DNA from: an archaeon BMS3Abin17
Lineage (GTDB): Archaea; Nanobdellota; Nanobdellia; Pacearchaeales; GW2011-AR1
DNA length: 64,000 nt
Direction of reading: 5' to 3'
Assembly (NCBI GenBank): GCA_002897655.1
Contig: BDTJ01000038.1
Location: 1,957 to 65,956 of the forward strand
In this document: in pieces, positions 60,395 to 64,000 of the stretch
How the letters are laid out: the number at the start of each line of letters is the position of its first letter
Position numbering within the stretch: the stretch's first letter is position 1
Notes under the pieces: model-generated
What the model saw: only the letters and a program-made list of their open reading frames with translations
Database searches by the model: none
Told to the model about the DNA's origin: nothing
Translations under genes and position numbers: made by a program

Positions 60395-61576
60395 TCACTC
60401 CTCCTCCAAATCCTTCCTTCTACTCAATGATATCCTGTAATCTTTTTCAATGTTTACTTTATCCTTGATTTCTTGCTCAATTTCATCCTTGAGGACCTTG
60501 CTGTTAAGCTTTGGATAGCAGAGCATAGAGCATTCTTCATACACCCCTTTATCTTTTAATAACTGCAGGAACTTTGCCTTATCTTCTCCTTCAGGCATGA
60601 CAATCCTGTCAAACTCCCTGACAGAGGCTTTCTTATTGCTTCCATACGCCACATCTATCTCAAACTGCTTTGCATATCTTATCAGGTTATCCTTAAATTC
60701 TTCTTCTGCTGTTTTTAATTCTGAAAGCTTTGTCTTTATCTCAGAATACTTATCAACCAACTTAACACCTTCATCTTCCTTGAACTGTTCAACAACTTCA
60801 ATCTTTTCCAATTCTGCCTGATGCTTGAATGAGGGGCATTCTCCCCTGAACCCGCAATAATCACATAAAGCAGTAACATTTGTAGGAAACTCTGTCGCAG
60901 ATTCAATCTCTCTTATCCTCTCAATAACTTCATCCTGCAGTTTTTCCACCTGTTTATCTGTTCTTTCAGAGACAGCATCTTTATTAAAAGCCAGCATATG
61001 CCAGATTAACTTTACTGACTTTGCATCTTTGAATTTATCCTTAACCCAGATAGAATACATTGCCAGCTGCCTGTCTTCATCTGCTTCATTCTGGTCTTTC
61101 ATTCTTGAATTTGTCTTGTAATCACAAACATAATAATTTCCCTTGCTGTCACAACCCAGCTTATCTATCCTCACATGCCACTGATTCCCGTCTTTCAGGG
61201 TCATCCTGTCCTGAGTCTCTAATCCCAGTATTGTCATATCCTCAAAAGGCTTCATCCTGTCATAATAATCTGTCAGGAACTTTTCACCCATCTTCCTGTA
61301 ATTCTCAGCATCAAGGCCTTTCTTAACAATTAAAATATCATAAGAATAATTCTTCTTCCACAAATCCCTGTAGAACTTAACAAGGCTCTCCTTTGCAACC
61401 CTTTGCCTGAATTTCTTTCTTTTATACAGGTCTTCCAGAGCCTGATGCACCATGTCCCCCATAAATGCCTCAATAGTAGTGGGAGTTTCTGGCTTCTTCT
61501 TATCAATATAACGCAGTTTATACTGATATGGGCAATTTTCAAAAGTCGTAACTCTCGAATGCGAGTATGTTGCCAT
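60395..61576 (-). CDS. Stand-alone Cas4-like PD-(D/E)xK nuclease (DUF83-like) with a C-terminal extension
   Basis: N-terminal Cys (FENCPYQYKLRY), a D...VCDYKT motif, QLAMY and a C-terminal CDYCGFRGECP cluster. No cas genes or CRISPR array nearby. Confidence 0.6.
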   Translation of the reverse strand: MATYSHSRVTTFENCPYQYKLRYIDKKKPETPTTIEAFMGDMVHQALEDLYKRKKFRQRVAKESLVKFYRDLWKKNYSYDILIVKKGLDAENYRKMGEKFLTDYYDRMKPFEDMTILGLETQDRMTLKDGNQWHVRIDKLGCDSKGNYYVCDYKTNSRMKDQNEADEDRQLAMYSIWVKDKFKDAKSVKLIWHMLAFNKDAVSERTDKQVEKLQDEVIERIREIESATEFPTNVTALCDYCGFRGECPSFKHQAELEKIEVVEQFKEDEGVKLVDKYSEIKTKLSELKTAEEEFKDNLIRYAKQFEIDVAYGSNKKASVREFDRIVMPEGEDKAKFLQLLKDKGVYEECSMLCYPKLNSKVLKDEIEQEIKDKVNIEKDYRISLSRRKDLEEE

Positions 61577-61609
61577 AAAATTAGATATATTAGGGGGTTT
61601 TAAGGTTTT
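61577..61609. promoter_or_regulatory. Shared promoter/leader module, copy 1
   Basis: AAAATTAGATATATTA... directly 5' of the Cas4-like ATG (minus strand). Confidence 0.5.
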
Positions 61610-61662
61610 TTATGTTGGTTTATTCACACAAAACCTGATATCTAAAGCTATTAGGAAGAATT

Positions 61663-61950
61663 TTAATAAACATTCTTTCTATATCCAATTCTAAGGACAA
61701 TTATTTTTCTCCCTGAGACAATTATGTCTAGAATTGCCCTGTATTTTAAGACTCTTAATCTCCAAAGCTTAGAGCCTTTTAATTTCTTTAAATGTGGAAA
61801 AGGATTTTCTCTTATAGAATATAATTTTTTTAATATCATATCTGCATCTTTTTTCTGAATTTTTTTAAGAAATCTTTCAGCAATCTCCTCAATTTGGAGT
61901 GAATGCATTTTAATGCAAGGATACTCCAAGTTCCTTTGCAACTTGTTCAA
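61663..61950 (-). CDS. RelE/ParE-family toxin
   Basis: LWRLRVLKYRAILDIIVSGRKIIVLRIGYRKNVY. Confidence 0.6.
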   Translation of the reverse strand: MNKLQRNLEYPCIKMHSLQIEEIAERFLKKIQKKDADMILKKLYSIRENPFPHLKKLKGSKLWRLRVLKYRAILDIIVSGRKIIVLRIGYRKNVY

Positions 61951-62146
61951 TTGATTTTATTTTTCCTTTCTTGACATTTTCTAGTGCTATTTTAATGTCG
62001 TCAATTTCTTCTGGAGTTAACTCGTCCTCTTCGACTTCGTCCAATACATTGTTTAAAACCTCGTCATAAGATTCTCTTTCATATCTTTTCATTGTTCTAA
62101 GCCGATTAAGAGTTTCTTGGCTTATTTGCACAGTTGTTTTTTCCAT
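61910..62146 (-). CDS. Cognate antitoxin
   Basis: 78 aa; overlaps the toxin start. Confidence 0.45.
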   Translation of the reverse strand: MEKTTVQISQETLNRLRTMKRYERESYDEVLNNVLDEVEEDELTPEEIDDIKIALENVKKGKIKSIEQVAKELGVSLH

Positions 62147-62350
62147 GTTATATAGTAACTATAATTACTATATAAATGTTCTGTTTTTGGGATTATCTGG
62201 AGTTTTGAGAAAATTTATATACTCTTTTGCTCTTTATATTTAAGGCAGTAATGCGCTTTGGCGTTTCATCTTTTGGGATGAGACAAATGAGAGTAAGGTT
62301 CTTTGAACCCTGGCCACTGTCTATTTTTTTATTATTTTGACCAACTCTTC

Positions 62351-62545
62351 TTATTTCTCTTTTTTTCTGCTTGTAGATTCTATTTTCAATTGCAGGGCAT
62401 TAAACAAATGCACAATTTGGTCCTTTAATTTTTGCGGGACATTAATTCCATAGATAATTTTTTTATTTTTAATTAATGCAACAGAGTAATCTTTTTCAAA
62501 AATCTCGCTTCCAGATTTATCAATCCGAAATAAAGTAATTGCCAT
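62351..62545 (-). CDS. Small hypothetical protein
   Basis: 64 aa, preceded by promoter module copy 2. Confidence 0.3.
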   Translation of the reverse strand: MAITLFRIDKSGSEIFEKDYSVALIKNKKIIYGINVPQKLKDQIVHLFNALQLKIESTSRKKEK

Positions 62546-62585
62546 AAAATTAGATATATTAAATGGTTTTAAAGAATTCGGTGTT
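62546..62585. promoter_or_regulatory. Shared promoter/leader module, copy 2
   Basis: 35 nt identical to copy 3 and 22 nt identical to copy 1. Confidence 0.5.
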
Positions 62586-62612
62586 ATTGCTTTTTACATA
62601 GAATTTATTTTA

Positions 62613-62969
62613 TCAATTATACACCAGTATCTCTTTTCTTGGAGATTTATGCCCTAAACTCAGTGTTAAGGGAATCTGCACATTAACTTCTTTCTTGTTT
62701 TTATTAAAAGAAATCATAAGCAAAACATAAATATTATTTGTTTTATATGTAATTGACATCTTTATGTTTTTAATATTGCTTAAAACATCTTTATTAATTC
62801 CTAAATTCTCACTTGCACTCATTATTTCCATCCCGCAAAGAAGATTATTATGGCTTACATCTAAGACAAAATCTCCAATATCTAAAGAAGCTTTTACCTT
62901 CTCGCCGTCAGATATAAAGAATATATCATTATCAGCATCATAATCTATTGTTTTAATTTGTCTTGCCAT
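62613..62969 (-). CDS. DUF2283-like antitoxin
   Basis: MARQIKTIDYDADNDIFFISDGEKV...GMEIMSAS fits the pattern YD.eaD.lyi...GiEil. Confidence 0.5.
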   Translation of the reverse strand: MARQIKTIDYDADNDIFFISDGEKVKASLDIGDFVLDVSHNNLLCGMEIMSASENLGINKDVLSNIKNIKMSITYKTNNIYVLLMISFNKNKKEVNVQIPLTLSLGHKSPRKEILVYN

Positions 62970-63253
62970 TTTCTATCACTATTCCAAGCACTTATGACTT
63001 TTAAATCTTTTGAGAGATTAATCTCAATTATTGAAACTAATGAATATTTCCTGCTCATCCTAAACCATAGCTTAAATCTGTTTATTTCCTTTCCCCGCTC
63101 AATTTTTTCTAACTTATTAATCTGAGATAAAAAACTTCTGACAATACTTTCATTTATTGGCCTTTCCCTTGTTCTCTTATAAAAATGAGGGTCAAAAATA
63201 ATGTTATCCTGATTTAATCTTTCAAGAAACTTTTTAACCTCTTTTAATTCCAT
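62945..63253 (-). CDS. DUF4258-like (RelE/ParE-superfamily) toxin
   Basis: DPHFYKRTRERPINESIV matches the H..R..ER.I signature. Confidence 0.5.
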   Translation of the reverse strand: MELKEVKKFLERLNQDNIIFDPHFYKRTRERPINESIVRSFLSQINKLEKIERGKEINRFKLWFRMSRKYSLVSIIEINLSKDLKVISAWNSDRKWQDKLKQ

Positions 63254-63292
63254 TTAACTAGATATATTAAATGGTTTTAAAGAATTCGGTGT
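63254..63292. promoter_or_regulatory. Shared promoter/leader module, copy 3
   Basis: TTAACTAGATATATTAAATGGTTTTAAAGAATTCGGTGT. Confidence 0.5.
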
Positions 63293-63311
63293 CAGACTCT
63301 CCCGCACTCCT

Positions 63312-64000
63312 TTATTTCTTCTCTTTTTTCATACCTTCAAAAGCCCTTAAAATCTCAAGAGGAAGTCCAAGAACTACTGTATTGCTTTTATCAGAACTTA
63401 AATCATTGAGAGTCTGCAAAGTTCTCAAATGCAAAGCACCAGGCCCAGTTGCAAGGGTTCTTGCTGCTTTTGCCATATTATCTGAAGCAATAACTTCTCC
63501 TTGTGCTTTAATAATAACAGCCCTTTTCTCTCTTTCAGCTTCTGCTTCTTTTCCAATTGTTCTTTTTAACTGCTCTGGCAATTCAACATGTTTTAATTCA
63601 ACAGATTCAACTTTAATTCCCCAAGGGTCTGTTGCTTTGTCAACAATCTCCCTTATTCTTTTAGAAACAGAATCTCTTTTACTTAATAATTCATCTAACG
63701 ATACCTCTCCAACAACATCTCTCATTGTTGTCTGAGCTAATTGAGAAACCGCATAATTAAATTCTTCTACTTCAATAATTGCTTTTTTTGAATCAGCAAC
63801 TTTGTAATAAAGCACAGCATTTACTTTAAGAGAAACATTATCTTTTGTAATAGCATCCTGGTCAGGAACATCAACTGCCTTTACCCTTATATCAACTCTT
63901 TGCCATGATTGAATAATAGGAATAACAATCCTTAGCCCGGGAATCATTATCCCGGAGAATTTTCCTAATGTAAATTTCACACCCCTTTCATATTCTTTGA
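63312..64000 (-). CDS. SPFH/band-7 (stomatin/prohibitin-like) protein; 5' end probably outside the window
   Basis: SPFH core VDIRVKAVDVPDQDAITKDNVSLKVNAVLYYKV... The frame is open to the window end (the track start is a GTG). Confidence 0.6.
   Translation of the reverse strand, partial: KEYERGVKFTLGKFSGIMIPGLRIVIPIIQSWQRVDIRVKAVDVPDQDAITKDNVSLKVNAVLYYKVADSKKAIIEVEEFNYAVSQLAQTTMRDVVGEVSLDELLSKRDSVSKRIREIVDKATDPWGIKVESVELKHVELPEQLKRTIGKEAEAEREKRAVIIKAQGEVIASDNMAKAARTLATGPGALHLRTLQTLNDLSSDKSNTVVLGLPLEILRAFEGMKKEKK

Noticed and set aside
60395-61576. Cas4-like gene as evidence of a CRISPR-Cas locus
   Set aside because: No cas1/cas2 or other cas genes, and no repeat-spacer array, occur anywhere in the window. 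It is treated as a stand-alone PD-(D/E)xK nuclease.

Overview
AT-rich (about 30% GC) archaeal chromosome segment; lysine-rich, densely packed genes typical of a small-genome archaeon. The assignment to Archaea rests on PolD DP1/DP2, Orc1/Cdc6 and an archaeal-type TyrRS. Three zones are visible. (1) 1-21 kb is housekeeping plus surface proteins: a truncated FG-GAP surface protein, a subtilisin, Mpg glycosylase, a GTPase, tyrS, an AbiEi/AbiEii pair, a free-standing LAGLIDADG protein and an acidic Cys-rich secreted protein. (2) 21-32 kb is a replication island on the minus strand: PolD large subunit DP2 carrying a 458-aa LAGLIDADG intein, an HD protein, PolD small subunit DP1, a HIT protein and Orc1/Cdc6. 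A candidate oriC lies directly upstream of cdc6, with an AT microsatellite, two ORB-like dyads and a striking pair of ~110-bp near-identical inverted repeats 1.3 kb apart. (3) 34-63 kb is a defence/accessory island: small-gene cassettes, an HNH nuclease, a methyltransferase, at least four RelE/ParE-type or DUF4258/DUF2283 TA pairs, RecQ+RadC, PIN proteins, a Bro-N pseudogene, an AlbA_2 protein, a complete type I R-M operon (hsdR...hsdS-hsdM) with six or seven extra genes embedded between hsdR and hsdS, a GmrSD-like type IV enzyme, a Fic protein and a stand-alone Cas4-like nuclease with no CRISPR array. A recurring theme is cassettes flanked by direct repeats that duplicate the terminus of a neighbouring gene: a 191-bp copy of the 5' end and promoter of the surface-protein gene flanks a TA+ATPase cassette; a 70-bp copy of the Cas4-like 3' end flanks the Fic gene; and a 40-bp promoter module is triplicated in front of three genes. 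No rRNA, tRNA or CRISPR array was recognised.
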